A DNA stretch of 54,885 bases from Bacteroidota bacterium (GTDB lineage Bacteria; Bacteroidota; Ignavibacteria; UBA10030). The notes below the pieces were generated by a model. That model had not been told where the DNA came from and did not search any database. It was given only the letters and a program-made list of their open reading frames with translations. Location: positions 1-54,885 of the forward strand of contig DATDRF010000255.1 in assembly GCA_035291905.1 (NCBI GenBank), given 5' to 3'. The position numbers and the translations under genes are program-made. Shown here piece after piece: positions 48,150-54,885 of the stretch. Each line of letters begins with the position of its first letter. The first letter of the stretch is position 1.

Positions 48150-48278
48150 GGTTTCTTGCTATCTTGAGACTAGTGGCGATTTGAAGCCGGCAGATTGCGG
48201 CCACTTAAAAAACAGCTAAAGCGCCGTCAGGAGTTTGGTCAAACCCCGACGCGAAATGCCGTTGGGGATTTTTGTTTT
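48150..48278 (+). promoter_or_regulatory. structured metH leader ending in an intrinsic terminator (unclassified attenuator/riboswitch candidate)
   Basis: Long-range pairing GGCGATTT ... AAAGCGCC encloses a GCCG/CGGC hairpin and an A-rich tract. The terminator is CCCCGACG / CGTTGGGG (48244-48267) followed by ATTTTTGTTTT, about 30 nt before the metH start. Confidence 0.45.
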
Positions 48279-48305
48279 AAGACAGTAAAGAGTGAAGGGT
48301 AAAGA

Positions 48306-51300
48306 GTGAAGGGTTTCCTCGAGATCTTGAAAGAAAAAATCATCGTCTTCGACGGTGCCATGGGAACGCATCTTCAGGGCCAGAATCTCACGGCGGATGA
48401 TTTTGGCGGGGAGAATTTCGCCGGGTGCAATGAGTACCTGGTTCTGACAAAGCCCTCTGCGGTCGAACGCGTGCATCAGGACTACCTTGAAGCAGGGTGC
48501 GATGTGATCGAAACCGACTCGTTCGGTTCGACGTCAATTGTTCTTGCCGAATACGGACTGGAAAAGAAGGCGTACGAGCTGAACAGGAAAGCGGCTGAGA
48601 TAGCGAAACGCATGGCGCGGGACTTCTCTTCCTCCGGAAGGCAGCGATTCGTGGCCGGGTCCATGGGTCCCACAACGAAATTGCCTTCCCTTGGGCATAT
48701 CGGATTCATGCCCATGGCTGATTCTTACCATGAACAGGCGAAGGGCCTTGTTGAGGGTGGGGTTGACCTGCTGTCGATCGAAACGTGTCAGGATTTGCTG
48801 CAGATAAAAGCGGCATTGTACGGTGTGTTTCGGTATTTCGAGGAGAGCCGCAAGCGGGTGCCGGTCATCGTCTCTGTCACGATCGAAACCATGGGCACAA
48901 TGCTGCTTGGTACGGAAATATCGGCTGCTTTGACTGCCATCGAGCCCTATGACGTCGACATTATCGGGATGAACTGCGCGACAGGGCCAAGAGAGATGTC
49001 GGAGCACGTCCGAACGCTTTCGGCGAGCAGCCCCAAGCCGATCTTTGTCATGCCCAATGCAGGGCTCCCTGAGAATATTGGAGGAAAAGCTCATTACCAC
49101 TTGTCTCCCGAGGATCTGGTCAAATTCCTTTCTCATTTTGTGAAAGACCTGGGCGTCCAGATTGTGGGAGGTTGCTGCGGAACAACCAAGGAGCATATCC
49201 GTCAGCTCGCTGATGCTGCCGGCAATCTTGCGCCTGTTCCCCGAAAGTTCGAATTCGTTCCAAGCGTCTCGAGTCTCTACCAATCGGTACCGATGCATGT
49301 CGATCCCGCCCCTCTCCTGATCGGCGAACGGACAAACGCCAACGGAAGCAAGTTGTTCAAAGACCTGCTTTCGAAGGAGGATTGGGAAGGGATCGTCTCC
49401 ATGGGACGCGAACAGGTGAGAGAGCAGGCACACCTGCAGGACGTTTGTGTGGCGTATGTCGGCCGCAATGAGACACGAGACATGCAGGAGGTGATCACAC
49501 GGTTCAACACCCAGGTGACGACTCCGCTTGTCATCGATTCGACGGAAGCCCCGGTGATCGAAGAGGCCCTTCAGCGTATTGGCGGAAAAGCGATCATCAA
49601 TTCCATCAATCTCGAAGACGGCGAAGAGCGGATCGATCGGATTCTCCCCCTGTGCAAGAAGTTCGGCGCCGCAGTCATTGCCCTGACCATCGACGAACGG
49701 GGGATGGCCAAGTCCGCCCAATCGAAACTGGAAATAGCGAAGAGGATCTACGATCTGGTGGTGGGGAAGTATGGTCTCAGGCCGCATGACCTCATTTTTG
49801 ACACGCTCACCTTCACGCTCGGTTCCGGTGATGAGGAATTCAGGAAAGCGGGAAAAGAATCGATCGAAGCGATTCGCCTTATCAAAAAAGAGCTGCCCGG
49901 CGTTCACACAGTGCTGGGTGTCAGCAACATTTCGTTCGGGTTGGCGCCGCATGCCCGTCACGCTTTGAACAGCGTTTTTCTTCATTACGCGGTCGAGGCG
50001 GGACTTGACATGGCAATCGTCCATGCGTCGAAGATCATGCCGTTGTTCAAAATCATCGAACGCGAGCGGGAGATTTGCAGGAAATTGATTTTTGACGAAA
50101 GATCCTATGAAGGCGAAGGGGAGTCGAGAAAGGTCGTGTACGATCCCCTGAAAGACCTTCTTGCAGTTGCCGCGGGCGGAGCAGAAAAGAAGAAGGTTGC
50201 GGTATCGGGGCAAACGGTGGAAGAGCGTTTGAAGAACCGAATCATCGATGGTGAGCGTGTTGGCCTGAACGCGGATCTCGAGGAGGCCCTGAAGAAGCAC
50301 GCAGCGTTGGAGATTATCAACACCATTCTCCTCGACGGGATGAAGGTGGTCGGGGATCTGTTCGGATCAGGACAAATGCAGCTCCCGTTTGTCCTTCAAT
50401 CGGCTGAAGTGATGAAGGCGGCGGTCTCGTATCTTGAGCCTTTCATGGACAAGAAAGATGGGGCAGGAAGAGGAACGATGGTTATCGCCACGGTCAAGGG
50501 AGACGTCCATGACATCGGGAAGAACCTGGTCGACATTATTCTGACGAACAACGGATACAAGGTTGTCAACCTTGGCATCAAGTGTCCCGTGGAGACCATG
50601 CTCCATGCGGCCGAGGAGCACAAAGCTGACGCAATAGGGATGAGCGGGTTGCTGGTAAAATCTACCCTCATCATGAGAGAGAACCTGGAAGTTATGAACG
50701 AGCGCAGCCTGAGGACTCCCGTGGTTCTTGGGGGCGCCGCATTGACGCGAAGGTATGTCGAACAGGATCTTCGTCCCGTTTACCAGGGGACCGTTCTCTA
50801 TGCAAATGATGCCTTCGATGGACTGCGGTTCATGGAGCAGATTGTCAGCGGAGAAATCTCGGCGGTTGCCGAGACCGACAGCTCGACAGATGAGGAAAAG
50901 CTCACCGGATCCGAGGCAAAAATCGCGATGGCTCTGGCGGAAAAAGGAGGAGGGGTTGGTGAATCCGTCAAGACAAAGGCAATCCGTTCCCTAGTCCGGG
51001 CCGACGGCGAGATACCGCGTCCTCCGTTCTGGGGCTCACAGGTCATTGAGGATATTCCTCTGGATGAAATCTTCGAATATGTGAATGAGATTGCGCTCAT
51101 TCGGGGCCAATGGAGAGTGGTACGCGGGAAAATGAACGAGACGGATTATCAGAAAATCCTGCAGGATCAGATCTATCCGGACCTTGAGCGATTGAAGAAA
51201 GAGACAAAAGAAAAGGGATTGCTCACGCCGAAAGTCGTGTACGGCTATTTCCCCTGCCAGTCGGACGGAAACGATCTCATCATCTACCAACTCCCGGAAG

Positions 51301-51842
51301 GGCACACTTCGAACTTTGAACCTCGAACTTCGAACCTTCAGGAACACCTCCGGTTTTCCTTTCCTCGTCAGCGCGATGACCGGCACCTGTGTATTTCCGA
51401 TTTTTTCGCGCCTGTCGATTCGGGCCGCGTCGACGTTGTCGCATTTCACCTTGTCACGATGGGTCATCGCGCGTCTGAATATTCACGTTCATTGTTTGAA
51501 TCGAACAACTACAAGGAGTACCTGTATTTTCACGGGTTAAGCGTTGAGAGCGCAGAAGCGTTGGCGGAGCTCTGGCACGGCCGGATTCGGGCCGAATTGG
51601 GGATCCATGGAAATGATGCGAAAGAAATCCGGAAGCTATTTTCGCAGCATTATCAGGGCTCGCGCTACAGTTTTGGCTATCCTGCCTGCCCAAACCTTGA
51701 AGACCAGACAAAATTATTCGAACTTCTGGAGCCCGGGAAAATAGGCGTTTCGTTGAGTGAGGAATTTCAGCTCGATCCCGAGCAATCGACATCGGCGATC
51801 ATTGTCCATCACCCCGAGGCGAGGTATTTTTTTGTGAAGTGA
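48306..51842 (+). CDS. metH: cobalamin-dependent methionine synthase
   Basis: All modules are present in order. The Hcy-binding module reads IVFDGAMGT...GCCGTT. The pterin-binding module follows. The B12-binding module carries the DxHxxG motif (GDVHDIGKN). The AdoMet-activation domain reads RGQW...GYPACP. The start is GTG. Confidence 0.95.
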   Translation: MKGFLEILKEKIIVFDGAMGTHLQGQNLTADDFGGENFAGCNEYLVLTKPSAVERVHQDYLEAGCDVIETDSFGSTSIVLAEYGLEKKAYELNRKAAEIAKRMARDFSSSGRQRFVAGSMGPTTKLPSLGHIGFMPMADSYHEQAKGLVEGGVDLLSIETCQDLLQIKAALYGVFRYFEESRKRVPVIVSVTIETMGTMLLGTEISAALTAIEPYDVDIIGMNCATGPREMSEHVRTLSASSPKPIFVMPNAGLPENIGGKAHYHLSPEDLVKFLSHFVKDLGVQIVGGCCGTTKEHIRQLADAAGNLAPVPRKFEFVPSVSSLYQSVPMHVDPAPLLIGERTNANGSKLFKDLLSKEDWEGIVSMGREQVREQAHLQDVCVAYVGRNETRDMQEVITRFNTQVTTPLVIDSTEAPVIEEALQRIGGKAIINSINLEDGEERIDRILPLCKKFGAAVIALTIDERGMAKSAQSKLEIAKRIYDLVVGKYGLRPHDLIFDTLTFTLGSGDEEFRKAGKESIEAIRLIKKELPGVHTVLGVSNISFGLAPHARHALNSVFLHYAVEAGLDMAIVHASKIMPLFKIIEREREICRKLIFDERSYEGEGESRKVVYDPLKDLLAVAAGGAEKKKVAVSGQTVEERLKNRIIDGERVGLNADLEEALKKHAALEIINTILLDGMKVVGDLFGSGQMQLPFVLQSAEVMKAAVSYLEPFMDKKDGAGRGTMVIATVKGDVHDIGKNLVDIILTNNGYKVVNLGIKCPVETMLHAAEEHKADAIGMSGLLVKSTLIMRENLEVMNERSLRTPVVLGGAALTRRYVEQDLRPVYQGTVLYANDAFDGLRFMEQIVSGEISAVAETDSSTDEEKLTGSEAKIAMALAEKGGGVGESVKTKAIRSLVRADGEIPRPPFWGSQVIEDIPLDEIFEYVNEIALIRGQWRVVRGKMNETDYQKILQDQIYPDLERLKKETKEKGLLTPKVVYGYFPCQSDGNDLIIYQLPEGHTSNFEPRTSNLQEHLRFSFPRQRDDRHLCISDFFAPVDSGRVDVVAFHLVTMGHRASEYSRSLFESNNYKEYLYFHGLSVESAEALAELWHGRIRAELGIHGNDAKEIRKLFSQHYQGSRYSFGYPACPNLEDQTKLFELLEPGKIGVSLSEEFQLDPEQSTSAIIVHHPEARYFFVK
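51305..51339 (+). repeat. heptanucleotide array inside the metH coding sequence
   Basis: The units cacttcg aactttg aacctcg aacttcg aaccttc have period 7. They are the reverse complement of the unit family seen at 24636-24712. The array is translated as HTSNFEPRTSNLQ. Confidence 0.75.
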
Positions 51843-51845
51843 GAG

Positions 51846-51988
51846 AGCTATCAGCTATCAGCTGCCAGCCATCTGTGTCAGCTGCGTGAAACCTGGAACC
51901 TGAAACTTGAAACCCGCCTGCGTTCACACAACGAACTTCGGCGGGCAAGCCTGAAGCTTAAAACCATAAACCTGCAACAACCGCAACA
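51846..51988. repeat. block of three degenerate heptanucleotide arrays downstream of metH
   Basis: First array: agctatc agctatc agctgcc agccatc (tgtgtc) agctgcg. Second array: tgaaacc tggaacc tgaaact tgaaacc. A CCCGCC...GGCGGG hairpin lies at 51913-51945. Third array: aagcctg aagctta aaaccat aaacctg caacaac cgcaaca. Confidence 0.8.
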
Positions 51989-52012
51989 CCTCAGTCTCCG
52001 AAAGCAACCGCA

Positions 52013-52648
52013 ATGCCCAACCTTATCTTGCTCCGACATGGCGAATCACAATGGAATCTTGAAAATCGATTTACCGGATGGGTTGATATCGCCCTTTCTC
52101 CCAAAGGTAGAGAGGAGGCACATCAGGCGGGCGAAAAACTCAAATCCTACAAGTTCGACAAGGCCTATACCTCCGTCCTCAAACGGGCGATCGACACGTT
52201 GAACATCGTTTTGAAGATCATCGGACAGGAAAAAATCCCGATCGAATATGACAAGGCGCTGAACGAGCGGCACTATGGCGCCCTTCAGGGGAAGAACAAA
52301 GCCGAGACCGGACAGATCTACGGGGAAAAGCAGCTTAAGCTCTGGCGCAGAAGCTACGATGTGCCGCCTCCGAAGGACGTAACCGAGCTGAATCCCGACG
52401 GGGTCAGTGAAAGCCTGAAAGACACAGCCGCGAGGACACTCCCCTACTTCGAATCAAAAATCATCCCCGATGTTCTGGCCGGGAAGGATATTATCGTTGC
52501 CGCCCACGGCAACAGCCTTCGGTCGATTGTCATGAAACTCGACAATCTTACAAAAGCGGAAGTCATTGAACTGAATATCCCCACGGGAGTTCCGCTGCTC
52601 TACCGATATGACACCAAAGGGAACATCCTCGAGCACAGGTATCTGTAG
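52013..52648 (+). CDS. gpmA: 2,3-bisphosphoglycerate-dependent phosphoglycerate mutase
   Basis: LILLRHGESQWNLENRFTGWVD (RHGE motif) is present, with a later AHGNSLR. Confidence 0.9.
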   Translation: MPNLILLRHGESQWNLENRFTGWVDIALSPKGREEAHQAGEKLKSYKFDKAYTSVLKRAIDTLNIVLKIIGQEKIPIEYDKALNERHYGALQGKNKAETGQIYGEKQLKLWRRSYDVPPPKDVTELNPDGVSESLKDTAARTLPYFESKIIPDVLAGKDIIVAAHGNSLRSIVMKLDNLTKAEVIELNIPTGVPLLYRYDTKGNILEHRYL

Positions 52649-52690
52649 ACCTCCGGAAATGCATGGAACACGGATGAACACTGAAACCGA

Positions 52691-52746
52691 CGGAAACAAT
52701 ACGGATTCCACCCTCCGTGTCGTTTCCGTTCCTTTTTTTGCTTTTT
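52691..52746 (+). terminator. rho-independent terminator after gpmA
   Basis: 15-nt arms CGGAAACAATACGGA / TCCGTGTCGTTTCCG (one mismatch, one G-U pair) with loop TTCCACCC, followed by TTCCTTTTTTTGCTTTTT. An outer inverted repeat ATGGAACACGGA ... TCCGTGTTCCAT brackets it. Confidence 0.75.
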
Positions 52747-52812
52747 CCGTGTTCCATATCGGCACGAGTCGATTCCGTTGAATTTTCAATAACTAATCCC
52801 TATACTTTTTTC

Positions 52813-53223
52813 GTGACAGACGAGCGGTATTGGAAGGGAATTCGGCGGTTCAACGAGAAGGAATTCTTTGAGGCCCACGAGATCCTCGAAGATCTTTGGC
52901 ATGAGTACCGGGAGACGGATCGGACCTATCTCCAGGCCCTGATTCAGATTTCAGCCGGCATGTACCACGCCGACGCGGGGAATTTCAAGGGTGCGAAAAG
53001 CCAGTTGGCCAAGGGGGTGGAGAAGCTCAGCCAGTACCCCGCCTCGCACCAGGGAGTCGATGTTCGTCTGCTTCTTCGTGATCTCAGCATGTGCCTCACA
53101 ACGATCGATCATTGCGAGCGCGGACGGGCGCAAATCTCACCAAACTCTTTTTTCCCGACAATAAAACTTACCACCAAACATACTCAAGAAAGCGAAACGC
53201 ATCATGGCAACAATGATCACTGA
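52813..53223 (+). CDS. DUF309 domain protein
   Basis: FNEKEFFEAHEILEDLWHEY...YLQALIQISAGMYH is the DUF309 core. The ORF-track start 52717 lies inside the gpmA terminator, so the GTG at 52813 is preferred. The start is uncertain. Confidence 0.65.
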   Translation: MTDERYWKGIRRFNEKEFFEAHEILEDLWHEYRETDRTYLQALIQISAGMYHADAGNFKGAKSQLAKGVEKLSQYPASHQGVDVRLLLRDLSMCLTTIDHCERGRAQISPNSFFPTIKLTTKHTQESETHHGNNDH

Positions 53224-53545
53224 AGAATGCATCAACTGCGGCGCCTGCGAGCCCGAATGCCCCAACGTCGCCATTTATGCAGGCGGCGCGCAATGGGAGC
53301 TCAACGGGGCAACGAATCCGCCCATCTCCGACAGTTTCTTCTATATCGTTCCTGACAAATGTACGGAGTGCGTCGGCCACTTTGAAAAGGAACAATGTGC
53401 GGCCGTGTGCCCCGTCGATTGCTGCATACCCGATCCAAACAGGGTTGAGACAGAGGAAGTGTTGTTTGATCGGGCCAAGAAGCTTCACCCTGACCGGACA
53501 TTCCCGGAGCTGAGCCCTGCGACGTCGCATTTCAGAAAAGCCTGA
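53204..53545 (+). CDS. 4Fe-4S dicluster ferredoxin (YfhL-like)
   Basis: Two cluster motifs are present: CINCGACEPECP and CAAVCPVDCC. Confidence 0.88.
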   Translation: MATMITEECINCGACEPECPNVAIYAGGAQWELNGATNPPISDSFFYIVPDKCTECVGHFEKEQCAAVCPVDCCIPDPNRVETEEVLFDRAKKLHPDRTFPELSPATSHFRKA

Positions 53546-53626
53546 ACTGTTATTCTTCGTCAAAGGTCGGCAGACTTCTCTCCCAAAGGGCGAGAATGCC
53601 GACCTTTTCGTTGAAAGAGCGTCTTT

Positions 53627-54472
53627 ATGAAGATCGGTCCTTACGAGGTCCTTCCGATTGAAACGGGAAGATTCGCCCTTGACGGCGGTGCCATGTTTGG
53701 CGTGGTTCCCTGGGTGTTCTGGACCAAAACAAATCCCCCGGACGAGCGACGGCGCATCACCCTGGCCGCCCGATGCCTGCTGATCCGCGGCAATGGGAAA
53801 GTGATTCTGGTCGATGACGGCAACGGGACGAAGTTCAGTGAAAAACTCAAGGATATCTACCGTCTCGACAATTCCCAATCCGATCTCATTTCGTCTCTCG
53901 CGCTCCATGGCGTTGCTCCCGGGGACGTTACCGACGTTATCCTGACCCACCTGCACTTCGATCATGCCGGTGGTTCGACAAAGGTGGAAAACGGCAAGCT
54001 GGTGCCGACATTTCCCCGAGCGAGGTACTATGTGCAGAAGGCACATTGGGAACTTGCGAAAAAGCCGACAGAGAAGGACAGGGGAAGTTTTATGAGGGAT
54101 GATTATGAGCCTCTGATGGAGCATGGGGTCCTCGAGTTTGTTGAAGGAGAAATCGAGTTGTTCCCCGGGATAAAGATGCTGGTATGCAATGGGCACACAA
54201 CAGCACAACAACTCCCGAAAATCTCCGATGGGAAGACCAGCCTCCTCTTCTGTTGCGACCTGTTTCCAACAATATCGCATCTTCCTCTTCCTTACGTAAT
54301 GGCCTACGACGTTCGGCCTTTGGTCACGATTGAGGAGAAAAAGAAGGTCCTTGAAAGAGCGTATGAGGAACGATGGAAGTTGTTCCTCGAACACGATCCC
54401 GAGGTTGAGGCAATTACTGTCAAGTCGTCGGAAAAAGGATTCGTGGTGGATGAGAAGTTGAAGATAGGTTAG
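53627..54472 (+). CDS. MBL-fold metallo-hydrolase
   Basis: LTHLHFDHAGG (HxHxDH) is present, with a later GHT and a C-terminal His/Asp. Confidence 0.82.
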   Translation: MKIGPYEVLPIETGRFALDGGAMFGVVPWVFWTKTNPPDERRRITLAARCLLIRGNGKVILVDDGNGTKFSEKLKDIYRLDNSQSDLISSLALHGVAPGDVTDVILTHLHFDHAGGSTKVENGKLVPTFPRARYYVQKAHWELAKKPTEKDRGSFMRDDYEPLMEHGVLEFVEGEIELFPGIKMLVCNGHTTAQQLPKISDGKTSLLFCCDLFPTISHLPLPYVMAYDVRPLVTIEEKKKVLERAYEERWKLFLEHDPEVEAITVKSSEKGFVVDEKLKIG

Positions 54473-54534
54473 GCGATCTCAACCCCCTGCGACTCTCCCC
54501 TCTGTACAAGTTAAGAGAAGGGGGATTTAGGGGG

Positions 54535-54864
54535 ATGAGATCGACAAACATGAATCAAATGACCCCCATAGCATCCACAAGCGCCCTGCGGGAAGGCAAA
54601 GGGATCAAGGTGACCGTCGACGGCGAGGATATTGCTCTCTATTTGATCGGCGGCCAGCTCTATGCTGTGGGAAATCACTGCCCTCACCAGCATCATTCAA
54701 GCCTCCACGACGGTATTCTCGACGGGACGGTAGTCACCTGTCCGATGCACGGATGGAGCTTTGACCTGCAATCCGGTCAGTGCGTGAACGGGGCAGGAAG
54801 GTTGAAGAGATTCAAAGTGACCGTTGAGGGGGATAAGATTTTCCTGGAACCTCCCGAGCGGTGA
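54535..54864 (+). CDS. Rieske [2Fe-2S] domain protein (NirD-like small subunit type)
   Basis: CPHQHH ... CPMHGWSFD are the Rieske ligands, and the size is ~105 aa. The start could be 54535, 54550 or 54559. Confidence 0.8.
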   Translation: MRSTNMNQMTPIASTSALREGKGIKVTVDGEDIALYLIGGQLYAVGNHCPHQHHSSLHDGILDGTVVTCPMHGWSFDLQSGQCVNGAGRLKRFKVTVEGDKIFLEPPER

Positions 54865-54885
54865 AGCGGTTTGGGATATGTCATG

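Noticed and set aside
48172-48225. Naming the metH leader as a SAM-II/SAM-V riboswitch
   Set aside because: I could only see a vague resemblance (an AAAGC-containing 3' strand and an A-rich tract) and could not reproduce the consensus pseudoknot from memory. It is left as unclassified pending a covariance-model search.
48534-50300. 588-aa minus-strand ORF
   Set aside because: It lies exactly antisense to metH, whose + strand product has all MetH modules and motifs. The antisense translation is low-complexity and Arg-rich with no recognisable motif.
52717-52812. N-terminal 32 aa of the DUF309 ORF (MSFPFLFLLFPC...)
   Set aside because: These codons are the 3' arm and U-tract of the gpmA terminator. 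The DUF309 core starts right after the GTG at 52813.
53168-54394. 408-aa minus-strand ORF
   Set aside because: It is antisense to the ferredoxin and MBL-hydrolase genes, both of which have diagnostic motifs on the + strand.

Overview
This 54.9-kb window is one co-directional block. All 42 CDS I can support, plus one tRNA, are on the + strand. The content is mostly housekeeping and envelope genes from a Gram-negative bacterium. By inference it belongs to the FCB-type lineage (Bacteroidota/Ignavibacteriota-like), based on a T9SS C-terminal sorting domain, a PorV/PorQ-like barrel and a GWxTD protein.

Recognisable genes and elements:
- Housekeeping and metabolism: ssb, ggt, two adjacent glutamate dehydrogenases, class I fumarase plus aspartate ammonia-lyase, atpD-atpC, alr, rlpA, rpiB, corA, a GH3/PA14 glycosidase, cobalamin-dependent metH and gpmA.
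- A cobalamin riboswitch controls btuB and a small membrane protein.
- A large REC-REC-PEP/pyruvate-binding protein is present.

I found no CRISPR array, prophage, integrase, transposase or recognisable defence operon. The unusual signal is in non-coding DNA:
1. A MITE-like family with two copies. Each has 16-bp terminal inverted repeats and a perfect 8-bp target-site duplication. A 69-nt core is inverted between the copies.
2. Degenerate heptanucleotide tandem arrays at several gene ends, and one array in frame inside metH.
3. A duplicated tRNA-Thr 3' half, interrupted in the T-loop by a 54-nt hairpin cassette.
4. A 143-bp multi-hairpin palindromic element and an unclassified terminator-containing leader upstream of metH.

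Protein-level candidates for follow-up are the B12-riboswitch-linked small membrane protein, the REC-REC-PPDK_N protein and the T9SS cargo / PorV-like / PIG-L-like / GWxTD / NHL cluster. All product calls come from motif recognition by eye. No database search was run.
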